DNA of 64,000 bases from positions 124,001 to 188,000 of the forward strand of contig NIVC01000227.1 of assembly GCA_002269645.1 (NCBI GenBank), in the 5' to 3' direction. A program made the position numbers and the translations under genes. This document shows, piece after piece, positions 11,590 through 23,150 of this stretch (within the stretch, counting starts at the first letter, position 1; every line of letters starts with the position of its first letter). The notes under the pieces are model-generated. The model saw only the letters and a list, made by a program, of their open reading frames with translations. It searched no databases and was not told where the DNA came from. The stretch comes from Macrostomum lignano. Its lineage: Eukaryota.

Positions 11590-13750
11590 TTTTTAAATGA
11601 ATGACAGTTCGGTCGTGATCTACTCCGACTCAAGTGCTTCTGTTGGGATGATAAACAGAAGCTGCTGCCGGCAACCTGAGTTGCCACCGCTGTTCCAGAC
11701 TGCCATGCTCAATGCTGTTAGGCGTGGGGTTGAGGTGCGCACTTTTCATGTGCCTGGCTGCTGGTACCACGTTTTTGCAGACCCGTGCTCTAGGCTTAAC
11801 GCAGTGGACAAAATGCGTGATTTTTTATTTCGAGTGTATGGCACTGTAAACTGCTGTTTTGATGAGATCGCTAGCCATGCTTTCTGCCCTGCTTTCCTAA
11901 CGCGCCCGCACGAAGCGGAGTTACCGGTCGCAGCTCGCGTCCTGGCTGCGTTTTTGCAACTCCCGGCATCTGACGCCGGCGCGGGCAGAGCCGATGCGCG
12001 TGGCTGAGTACATGGCCGAGCTGTCCACCCGGCTGTCAGCCTTTCGGAGTTGCCAGGCGTATGCCAACGCGGTCTCGCTGTACTTCAGAGCTCTCGGCCG
12101 GCCGGACCCGTGTGAGTCGCCGATGGTCAAGCTGGTGCTTCGTGGTCTTCGCCGATGTCTCAGTCGACAGCAGCGCTCAAGGGAGCCGTTCATTATCGCT
12201 GATCTCCTCAAGCTGCACGCCCACCTGGACCAACGTCTGAAGAGTGACATCGCGTTCTGGGCAGCTGTTCTGGCAGCCTGGTGGGGTATGCTGCGACAAG
12301 CGAATATGACAACGCAATCGGAGCAGCTCAATCTGTGGTGCGACCTGGCGGCATCAAACATCGTCTCGTAGTGCGACTGTGAGCTCACCGTGCGGCATTG
12401 AAAGACCAACCAGTTTTGCGACCGAATTCAGTGAGTATTTCTTCCGAAGTTGCCTGATGAGAGCTTGGGTGTCCTGTGCCCGTTCCGTGCGCTCGAGCGG
12501 CAGCCACGGGCAAACCGAGTTGACCAGGCGCCGCGTCCGGTTCACCTGTTCTCCACGTGGTCGTCAACGGGGTGGTTGCCTCTGACGGCTAGCAGGTTTG
12601 ATAGACGGCTTCGTTCGCTGTGCACATCGGCGGGTTTGTCGCCACCCGAGTTCACTGGACACGGGCTGCGCCGGGGCAGCACTACAGCAGCCATGCAGCT
12701 CGGTGTTCCACGGCCTATGATAAAGAAGCTGGACGACTGGAAGGGTGCTGTGCTGTCATAGCTTACGCCGACGACAGCACCTTTGGAGCTCAGGGAACAA
12801 CCGTCCGCGAGTGCGAGCAAACTCTGCAACGTGCTGCCAATTGGCTCCTGTTGTGGTCCCAAACCTGGAAGGTGGACCTCAGCAGAACCAAGTCGGTTGT
12901 CGCGTATTTCTCCTCCGACCCGCGCGAGACTAATGGAAAGGTGCAGCCACGCATCATGCTCGGCGACTCCCAGGCCCCCTTCGAATTGCATCCAAAACTG
13001 CTTGGCGTTCACCTGGATCAGCAGCTTACATTCCGTCACCATGCCTCTATCTAGCGCAGGAACCTGCAAAAACGCGCCAGTGTTTTGAGGTGCCTCACCA
13101 GCCGTGACTGGGGGCAGGACTCGCACACCCTCTCACGCCTGTATCGCACCTACGCCGAATCTGCCGTCCTCCATGGACCTCCGCACCGGCCACTGCCCCC
13201 GCCTCCGCAGTTATCGCCACTGCATCGGTCTGGAGCCATCCGCGACCTGCCCTGCATGCGGTAAAGCCGAGGAGGACCTCGAAAGCCTCATGATCCAGTG
13301 CCCGACACACGCAGACATCCGGGCGGAGTTCCTCGGACCAAACCCGTCGCTGTACGTCGTTGCAGATGACGGCCCTCGCGTGCTCGAATATTTCCAGAAG
13401 ATAGGGGCGCAGACGCGCTCCCCGGACTAGCTCTGGCCGGGAACCACCATCACCACTGGAAGGGAAACTCGGTGTTTCGCTATCTTTCTGTTCGGGACTC
13501 GGATGAAAGGGCCGCTGTGCATGGCTTGGCTCGTCGGGTTGGCGCGCTCTAACTCTCTCTCTCTCTGTAGAACTTTCTTGGTTTGGATTGGGCCAGGCTC
13601 GAACCTGCGCCTCTCCTGCCAACTGCTTTGACTTCGTCTCAATGGTTTAACTATGGCTCAAATAGCCAGAATTCAGTACGAGTACAGTCAGCCAACGCCT
13701 AAAGAAGCGAGAGACGGGGGCTTCAATAAAATAAAAATCTTCTTACCACC
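11590..13750 (+). mobile_element. DIRS/Ngaro-like retrotransposon B, 5'-truncated (RNase H end + YR), interrupted by a LINE
   Basis: SDSSASVGMIN..FHVPG..ADPCSR; YR FWAAVLAAWWGMLRQAN..TGHGLRRG..DDWKG, resuming after the LINE as WKGNSVFRYL..ERAAVHGLARRVGAL* (stop near 13552). Confidence 0.88.
12746..13454 (+). mobile_element. 5'-truncated non-LTR retrotransposon (I/Ingi/R1-like group) with 10-bp TSD
   Basis: Begins at CAVIAYADD; has KLLGVHLDQQL, LRTGHC and a C-terminal CPACG..CP knuckle; (CAC/CAT) tail; ACTGGAAGGG at 12736-12745 and 13455-13464. Confidence 0.9.
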
Positions 13751-14245
13751 TTCCACTGCATAGTTAAATTCCGCACGGCCTTAATTTATTTCACAGTTGT
13801 AGCAGGCGCTACAAACCAATCAGAAGGCAGCGAGGGAGAGAGATAGAATAACAAGACTGAACCAGACAGACACGGGGAGAGATAACAGAGTAAACAGAGA
13901 GACGAGGGTGGAATGCACGACTGATGTAAGATGCGAGATTGAAGAGCCAATCAGAAAGCGGAGGGAGCGCGACTGAAACGGGCAGAGAAAGCAGAGAAAA
14001 CAGAGACGAGCGCAGATGAACTGAATGAACCGCTCAACCAAATTACACCAATTTTTTCACCCACCCTAAACTCACTACGGAAAGTGTTAGGCTACCTTAA
14101 AATTTCCTAAATTTGAGTCTTCCTACCTAGAAGTGCAGAAAAACTGCTCAAAATGCGCGAATTTTTTACTAAATCCTCCACAGCGCCGCTCCACTTTTAC
14201 CAATCGTCTTCAAGTTTGAAGCAAACAAACTTAAAATATTTTGAC

Positions 14246-14264
14246 ACTGACTGACTGACTGACT

Positions 14265-14315
<51 letters not shown>

Positions 14316-14317
14316 TA

Positions 14318-14359
<42 letters not shown>

Positions 14360-14400
14360 TGACTGACTGACTGACTGACTGACTGACTGACTGACTGACT

Positions 14401-14440
<40 letters not shown>

Positions 14441-14478
14441 AACTGACTGACTGACTGACTGACTGACTGACTGACTGT

Positions 14479-14515
<37 letters not shown>

Positions 14516-14595
14516 TGACTGACTGACTGACTGACTGACTGACTGACTGACTGACTGACTGACTGACTGACTGACTGACTGACTGACTGACTGAC
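14246..14595. repeat. (GACT)n microsatellite
   Basis: Direct reading of the sequence. Confidence 0.97.
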
Positions 14596-15093
14596 CATCC
14601 GTACACGTCACACACAAGTTTAAAGTTATTATTTTTTAGCTTTAAAAATCACCATTAAGCAATGAGTATGTATTTATAGTTCCTTTTGTCAAAAAACAAT
14701 CATTGTTGCTATCAGTAGCGCAGTGGTAAAGCAAAAAGTCAAGCAGTTTCAATCTTAGACAGTCTGCATTTAATATATGCTGAAAATTATATCGCAGTGG
14801 GAAAAATACTCGCCTTTCACATTTCAGTTAATACAAGTAGCAATTTGAGTTTTCAAGAGTAAAAAATAATCGCCGTCAAAATTTTACTACAATCTTATTT
14901 GTTCAATTTTGTTACAATATTGGCTAGCTAATTAAAAACGCGTTTATCGAGAAACGCTAATTTCTTACCGAGTAAGCAATTGAAGTATTATTATCAATAA
15001 TGTGCCACACATTAGTAATGTCATTACGGAAATTACTGTCTAAAGAGTTTTAGTCGTTGACAAAATAAAATTTGCAAACTGAATCAGAAATGA

Positions 15094-18000
15094 TCACTGG
15101 GGTTCGATCACCAGAGTCGTGCCTTGAGAATGTGAGTCGCATTTGCAGTTCGTGGAAAGGTTGCCGTACTCGTCTCTGCAGCTGAGCTTTTGTCCGACTG
15201 CCACGCAACTGTAGTCTGCGGTGACACACTTGTCCACTGCCAAATAGTGGGGATTTGTTATAATAATTACTGCACACTTGTCCACTGCCAAATAGTGGGG
15301 ATTTGTTATAATAATTACTGCACACTTGTCCACTGCCAAATAGTGGGGATTTGTTATAATAATTACTGCACACTTGTCCACTGCCAAATAGTGGGGATTT
15401 GTTATAATAATTACTGCACACTTGTCCACTGCCAAATAGTGGGGATTTGTTATAATAATTACTGCACACTCTGCCACTGCCAAATAGTGGGGATTTGTTA
15501 TAATAATTACTGCACACTTGTCCACTGCCAAATAGTGGGGATTTGTTATAATAATTACTGCACACTTGTCCACTGCCAAATTGTGGGGATTTGTTATAAT
15601 AATTACTGCACACTTGTCCACTGCCAAATAGTGGGGATTTGTTATAATCTGAATCTGCCTCAGTACCGGAATCTGAACACGCGGACCCTCTACCCCAGAA
15701 TCTGCTCTCCAGAATTTCAATACCATTGAATCTACCTAAAACCTTTGCGATTTTACTTTCTGCTCCCGCAGTTCCCAAACTTATTATCAGAATTTCACTC
15801 ACACTTCATCGTCGGAAGAAATTTCTTGGTGGGGAAGAAAGACTTCTCATATTTGAAGCAGTGACGCGGCTTGTCGACGGGCAGGTACTGAACTCCACTG
15901 AATGGGCTGGTGGCGACATTTTCTGCAGTGTGAAAAGTTTTAAGATGGACAGGGAAACGTTGAAAAGGTGAGATCGGTGTGGGATCGGTGTGGGATCAGT
16001 GTGGGATCAGTGTGGGATCGGGAATCACTTAGGTAACTGTAGGTCAGTAAAGACGCTTTTCATTACAAAAGGCGCCAAAAAGGTCTCACACATAAAAACA
16101 ACTCACTGCAGTCTTCACGGTGCTCAAAAGTCTTCTTTTTCGTGCACTTTTTAGCGGCATCGAACTTAAATTCGATCCGAAATTTGAGAATATTCTTGAA
16201 AAGGCAACCCCCGTCCCCGTACTGCTGGCGGACGACCTTCTCTTCGCAGAGTTTGGGACTCGGCTCCATCTGCACGCAGAGCGCACCAGCGAGCTTCTGA
16301 GCAGTGCTCACAAACGAAGAGTGGTCTGGGATCAGGAAGGCGTTGCTGTCGGACTCGGGAGCTGTGAGAACCCTGATGAATCTGCAGTGTGGACAAGGAT
16401 AAGTGTGGGATAAGTGTGGGATAAGTGTAGGATATGACGTGCTATTTGATCAACGAATTGCCATCCCTTCAAAGTTGAGAGCACAAGTTATGTGCTTTCT
16501 CCATGATTTCCATCCAGGAATCCAAGCAATGAAGGCTTGGGCGCGGCAGTACGTGTGGTGGCCAAATATGGAGGCGGAGATTGAAAAGTGCGTGGCCGAG
16601 TGTCACACGTGTCAACGCCTAAGACCGTCACAGAAAGCTGTGACCGTGGCCAGTACCAAAGGAAGCCTGGTGCCGAGTGCATGCTGACCTAGGTCAATTA
16701 GAAGGAAGAAATTTTCTCGTGGTCTCGGACGCCAAGACTGGATTTATTAGCGCCGAATGGGTTTGTGATACTGATGCGGCAGCCATCATCAAAGTGCTGC
16801 GAAGAACGTTTTGCAACTTTGGCATCCCGGAAGTACTGGTTACTGACAATGGACCGCAGTTCCTTGCCAGTGAAACAGAAGCCTGGTTGAAGCGAACTGG
16901 AGTGCTACACCTCAAGTCACCCAGATACCATCCCGCTTCGAATGGAGTAGCCGAGGTAGCAGTCAAAAGGCTGAAGACCAAGCTAAAACAGCTAAACGAT
17001 CCAGACCCGGAAGTTCGAATGCAACAAGCTTTGTACGCCATTCGAGTCTGCCCAAGAGCCAACGATGTCGCTCCGTGTCGAGAAATGTTTGGGCGCCAGT
17101 TTAATACTAGACTGTCACTGCTACATCGTCGGTCGTTCCAGGACAAGAAAACAGTACAAACTCACAATCCTGTTTGGGTCCAAGATCCCTTCAACAAGGA
17201 GTGGAGAGAGGGAGTATTTCAAGAAGCGGTTGGAGAACAGCTGAGACGAGTACAGGACCATAGAGGACGAGATCTGGTGGTGCACCGGAACCATGTCAGA
17301 GACAGAGCCGAGGCTGAAACCCACAAGCCTATCGAAGACGATGGAGAACCAAGTTCTATTCAACCTTCGGAGTCCAGGTACCCAGTGCGGATCCGGAGAG
17401 CACCAGACAGGTACCAAGCATCTTGAAGGAAAGAGGGATAATATGACGTGACTATAATATTGATATTATTTTAATTGCATATGCAGTTAGACGCGTTTTG
17501 TTTTATCTATGGACTAAATGAAGCTGCCAAAACAGGCTTGGGTTAAAAGCCCGCTGTGAGAATGTGAAATAAAGAGAAATAAGAGCAATACTAAGAACCC
17601 TTGAGCAGCGTAAAACTCTGCTATGATATCAGCACTAATAATTAATGCCTTAAGCATATTGAAGTAACCTGAAAACATAACAGTGTGGGATAAGTGTGGG
17701 ATACAATCGCTGGTAGGGACACTCACCTATGCGATTCGCGGGTCACCCCAATAGCGTAGGCAGTGATAGACTGCTCAGCAAGCACTTCGTAGACCTTAAC
17801 CTTGCTTCTAATGAGATTGCTGTTTCCAGAAGTTAACAGCACCAGGTGATTGTTCTTGTGACTCTTTGAGCTGTAGCCGTTTTTCAAATGATTCACGGCC
17901 ATCTCAATGGCAGGGTAAGATTCTCTGTTTGCGCGTATATCCTCGCTTGCCATATTGATGCCGTCGATGATTGCGAGAATTTCTGCTTTGGTTTTCTTTT

Positions 18001-20259
18001 GGCTCAGACTCAAAATCTGATAGGCTTTATTGAAAGAGTAAAAAGTGAAAATGGCGACTTTCACGGGGCTGTCGCTTCGGCCAATGTCAAAGAAGCCAAC
18101 GATGGCTTTAGCGGCGTCTTTCAGCTTCTGAAAGTCGGCTGCCTCGGACCGGGTGATGTCCAGCACAAGTGCGATATCGGCTGGGGCCTTGCTTTGACAG
18201 GTGCTGGTCATGTCTATAGGGAGAAAAGTTTGTAAGTAGGTGAATCCGGGTTTCTGATGGTAGATAGATGGTAGCTGTATCGATAGGCAAGTCCATCACT
18301 TACTGCAAAACACGTAATCGACAATGTTATGCGTGTGGCATTTCATGCGACGATTTTCAAAGTAGGTCCACGAGCTCACGATGGATGCACGTTTCTTATC
18401 ATCGCAGGCGCTAACCGACATCTGCACCTTGCTGCAGCTCTGACCACTCTCTTCTGCAAAACAGTTTTATTGGTGAACAGTTTGTGCACAGGTGACTCAT
18501 GATGCGGCACAACACCCTCCTCCAAGCCACCACTGAACCACAGCATCCACCGTAACACGGCACCTGGCAACTCAGAGCATCGCCATCGCACTGCACCCAC
18601 AACCCCACAGCACACAATTTCCCAAAGCACCCACCACCGCACTGCACTCACCACTCCACTGCACCCACCACCCCACTGCACCCACCCCCTAACTGCACCC
18701 ACCACCTCACTGCACCCACCTCCCCACTGCATCCACTACCCCACTGCACCCACCACCCCACAGCACACAATTTCCCACAGCACTCACCAACCCACTACAC
18801 TCACCACCCCACTGCACCCAACACCTCACAGCACCCAACACCTCACAGCACCCAACACCTCAAAACACCCACCACCCCACAGCACCCACCACCTCAGAGC
18901 ACCCGCCACCCCACTGCACCCACCACCCCACAGCACCCAACACCCCACAGCAGCAACCACCTCACGGCACCCGCCACCCCACTGCACCCAACACCCCATT
19001 GCACCCACCACCCCGCAGCACCCGCCACCCCACAGTACCCGCCACCCCACAGCATCCAACACCCCACAGCACCCAACACCTCACAGTATCCACCACGATA
19101 CAGTACCCCCGATCCCACCACATTCACCTTACTAGTAAATAGCCGCAGTCAATACAGGCAACTAAAAAAGTAAAACTTCAAAACTCACTGCAGCTTTCTA
19201 CTTTCCGCGAAAGGTTTATCCTGCACCTCATGGGGGTAGGCAAGGTGAAGTCTTTTGATATCTTGCTCTCGTAAGAGTAGCGAACGCCGTCCATACAAGG
19301 CCCAGTGTACTTGCTTGTCTTCAAGAACCTGCAGTCGCCGCAGACTCGGCGGTAGTTCAGAGCCCTCGATACCTCGAACGCTTTGTCAATACCAAGAGAC
19401 AGACGGCAGTTGAAGCCCTGCATTGTGAAGAGCAGCCTCCTGGGAAAAAAATAGTGCGACTTGTTTGATCTGTGACAACGTTGCATTGTAATGAAAATAT
19501 TAAAGGGCTCACATTTCTACTCTTAGTAGCCTATATGGACCAATGACAATGATTTTGATATGCACCGACTCTGTCAGGCATGATCACATTCATTCTGAGC
19601 AGCGTAAAGTTGTGGGGAATCGAACCCTGTCTGGTCTGCTGTTAAATCTGCTACTCTGCTCACCTGTGCCAGGGACTACCGATGCCGATCACGTGAAATC
19701 CGATTCTCTTCATCTTCATGCGGAACACGTGTTGTCGGGCGTTTGCCATGCTTAGAGCGTTCGGCTCGGGGTACTTGTCCAGGATGTCTTCCTGTCGGCC
19801 GTCCATCACCAACATCAAGTTGAACATGGCTTGCTTCGGCCTCAGCTGGGGCAACAGCCGGTCCCACACCAGCTTCACTGGGGCCTCGAAGTCCGTCTTG
19901 CCGCCCACAAACTCCAGCCGGTTCACAGCGTTCACAAAGTCCTCTGCCGTCACCGTGTCATTAAAGTCCAGCACGAGACGGGCGTGCTGGGCGTAGGTCA
20001 CCAGAGCCATTCGGGTCTTCGTCTGCGACACCTTGAACCGGCTGGGCAGCTGGCGGAGGAATGGCTTCAGCTTTTCGAACTCGGCGGCATTCGACGACGA
20101 GGACGCGTCAACGCAGACCACGACGTCCAGGCGCTGGTGGCACTTGTCGTCCTTGTCATCGGCGCCGCTCGCTGCAGAGCAGCAGAGGAGCGCGAGCAGC
20201 GCCAGCGACAAGCTGGTTGAACCCAGGAGCCTCCGCGGTGAGCAGCGCCTGCTTGGCAT
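15094..20259 (-). CDS. Secreted protein with two VWA domains, each followed by Cys-rich modules (7 coding exons, ~673 aa)
   Basis: Exons 20259-19664, 19439-19189, 18453-18304, 18213-17727, 16381-16107, 15922-15803, 15236-15094, all GT-AG and phase-consistent (2022 nt). Signal peptide [16 protein letters not shown]; MIDAS-type [11 protein letters not shown] and [11 protein letters not shown]. Confidence 0.85.
15226..15647. repeat. 48-bp minisatellite, ~9 copies, containing the last-exon splice acceptor of the VWA gene
   Basis: Unit TGCACACTTGTCCACTGCCAAATAGTGGGGATTTGTTATAATAATTAC. Confidence 0.95.
16427..17682 (+). mobile_element. Gypsy-type LTR retrotransposon 3' fragment (integrase + PPT + LTR) in a VWA gene intron
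   Basis: HHCC zinc finger (LHDFHPG..WWPNM..CHTC), DDE core ([21 protein letters not shown]), frameshift near 16660, purine tract GAAGGAAAGAGGGA, then a ~240-bp LTR-like segment ending ACA. Confidence 0.85.
18590..19120. repeat. Degenerate CACCC-rich minisatellite in a VWA gene intron
   Basis: Recurrent CACCCCACTGCACCCA / CACAGCACCCA units. Confidence 0.85.
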
Positions 20260-20322
20260 GGCCTTGATTGCTGGCTGGTCTGTGAGGTGTGAGCAGAATT
20301 GGATTGGGATGCTCTGGAACAG

Positions 20323-20576
<254 letters not shown>

Positions 20577-21093
20577 AATACAATGAAAGGCAATAAAGCA
20601 CGAGGCTATCTGCTTATTATTATTAATAAATTATTTTCTTACCTGGATTAATATTCGCTCACTAAAGAGAACAATGCAGTCAGCAAGTAACTCCACAATA
20701 GCTTATTAATTAGTTGCTATGCAAGTGGTGTTGCAGTGCGGTAGTCTTGGCTTATAAAATCAGCTCTGCTAATTTGCACGTCAGTATGCTAGCGTAATTC
20801 CGGCTGCTACTGAGCGAATTATCATCCCTCTGCCCCACGACCTGCTCCACGGACTGAACCCCAGCAATTTGTCTGTGGCCAATGGGGGCTCCCGGCTGCG
20901 TGTTTTAAAATTCTGTTCTGTCTATGGGCGAAACATAACCATGCCACCGCTAATTTGATGCATTTTATTTTTTAAAGTACAAAGTTAGATTCAAAGTTTG
21001 TTGAACTTTTATTTAATAGCAAATTTTGAACACCTACGAGCTTCTCTTGAAATCTTGGAGCTGACACTGAAGCAGTTGACTGATGAGCTGCGG

Positions 21094-21884
21094 CATATGC
21101 TGTAGCATCTATCCCATATGCTGTAGCATCTATCCCATATGCTGTAGCATCTATCCCATATGCTGCAGCATCTATCCCATATGCTGTAGCATCTATCCCA
21201 TATGCTGTAGCATCTATCCCATATGCTGTAGCATCTATTCCATATGCTGTAGCATCTATCCCATATGCTGTAGCAACTATCCCATATGCTGTAGAATCTA
21301 TCCCATATGCTGTAGCATCTATCCCATATGCTGTAGCATCTATCCCATATGCTGTAGCATCTATCCCATATGCTGTAGCATCTATCCCATATGCTGTAGC
21401 ATCTATCCCATATGCTGTAGAATCTATCCCATATGCTGTAGCATCTATCCCATATGCTGTAGCATCTATCCCATATGCTGTAGCATCTATCCCATATGCT
21501 GTAGCATCTATCCCATATGCTGTAGAATCTATCCCATATGCTGTAGCATCTATCCCATATGCTGTAGCATCTATCCCATATGCTGTAGCATCTATCCCAT
21601 ATGCTGTAGCATCTATCCCATATGCTATAGAATCTATCCCATATGCTGTAGCATCTATCCCATATGCTGTAGCATCTATCCCATATGCTGTAGCATCTAT
21701 CCCATATGCTGTAGCATCTATCCCATATGCTGTAGCATCTATCCCATATGCTGTAGCATCTATCCCATATGCTGTAGCATCTATCCCATATGCTGTAGCA
21801 TCTATCCCATATGCTGTAGCATCTATCCCATATGCTGTAGCATCTATACCATATGCTGTAGCATCTATACCATATGCTGTAGCA
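21094..21884. repeat. 21-bp minisatellite, ~38 copies
   Basis: Unit CATATGCTGTAGCATCTATCC. Confidence 0.97.
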
Positions 21885-22479
21885 TAACATTTAATTTTTG
21901 AGCGTCAATAAAGAAGGCAGGTAGTATTTATAAGAGTACAAATGAGATACATGTTTTTATTGTCAAGAGTCTAAGAGTCTCAGAGATCAAGAAAGTCGAG
22001 TCTATTTTGCTTAAAAGAACGCAATAAAAATTAGCATCATTTTTAATTGAAAATAATAATGAAAACAAATAATGGATAAGACACAAGAAATAGATGAAAT
22101 TATTTGAATGCAAATCACACAGGCGGTTAGAACAAACAACAGTAGTAATATAACTAAAGTAACTGCATTCATCTTCTTGAATTTTATTAGTCAAAAGTCT
22201 CCTATTGATAATAATTTTCTAACTTAAAAAAAGCAAATAACTCATACGATGATTTTTGTGATTCGTAAAGCAAAATTTGCAAAATAACACAATTCACCAA
22301 TGTTCGATGCGTGGGAATTGAAGCACCGGCCACTTGTTTACAGACCAGCGGGTTTGTTGATGCCGCGCAGAAGCTGGCCAATAAATGAGTGGCCTGATCA
22401 CAGGGCACAGCCAGCAATAAAATGGAATCTTAACAAACAGTCAACGACTCGGGTAGACTTCAGGGAATGCACTGGCAGT

Positions 22480-22960
22480 TCAGGGAATAGATTGGGACTT
22501 CAGGGAAGTATAGATTGGGACTTCAGGGCATAGATTGGGACTTCAGGGAAGTATAGATTGGGACTTCAGGGCATGCACTGTGGCTTCAGAGAAGTATAGA
22601 TTGAGACTTCAGGGAAGTTCAGGGAAGTATAGATTGGGACTTCAGGGAAGTTCAGGGAAGTATAGATTGGGACTTCAGGGAAGTTCAGGGAAGTATAGAT
22701 TGAGACTTCAGGGAAGTTCAGGGAAGTATAGATTGGGACTTCAGGGAAGTACAGATTGGGACTTCAGGGAAGTTCAGGGAAGTATAGATTGGGACTTCAG
22801 GGAAGTATAGATTGGGACTTCAGGGAAGTATAGATTGGGACTTCAGGGAAGTATAGATTGGGACTTCAGGGAAGTTCAGGGAAGTATAGATTGGGACCTC
22901 AGGACATGCAGTGGGACTTCAGGGCATAGATTAGGACTTCAGGGCATAGATTAGGAATTT
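22480..22960. repeat. Minisatellite GGAAGTATAGATTGGGACTTCAG with variant units
   Basis: Direct reading of the sequence. Confidence 0.9.
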
Positions 22961-23150
22961 GGGTCACAGGTTATGACTTCACGGTATGCACTTGGACTTT
23001 GAGACCAAAAACGGAGTATCAAAATGATGCTAATTTAACAGAGATAGACTACTGAAAATCTAAATAAGCATTCAAATATAAGCAAAGTAAGAATTGCTCA
23101 CTGTTAACTCTTTCTACACATGTACAGAAGGCAGAACAGTAAGAAAGGGT

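Noticed and set aside
13575-13625. tRNA B-box-like GGTTCGA motifs here and near 19615 and 28870 (minus strand)
   Set aside because: No cloverleaf or matching A box.
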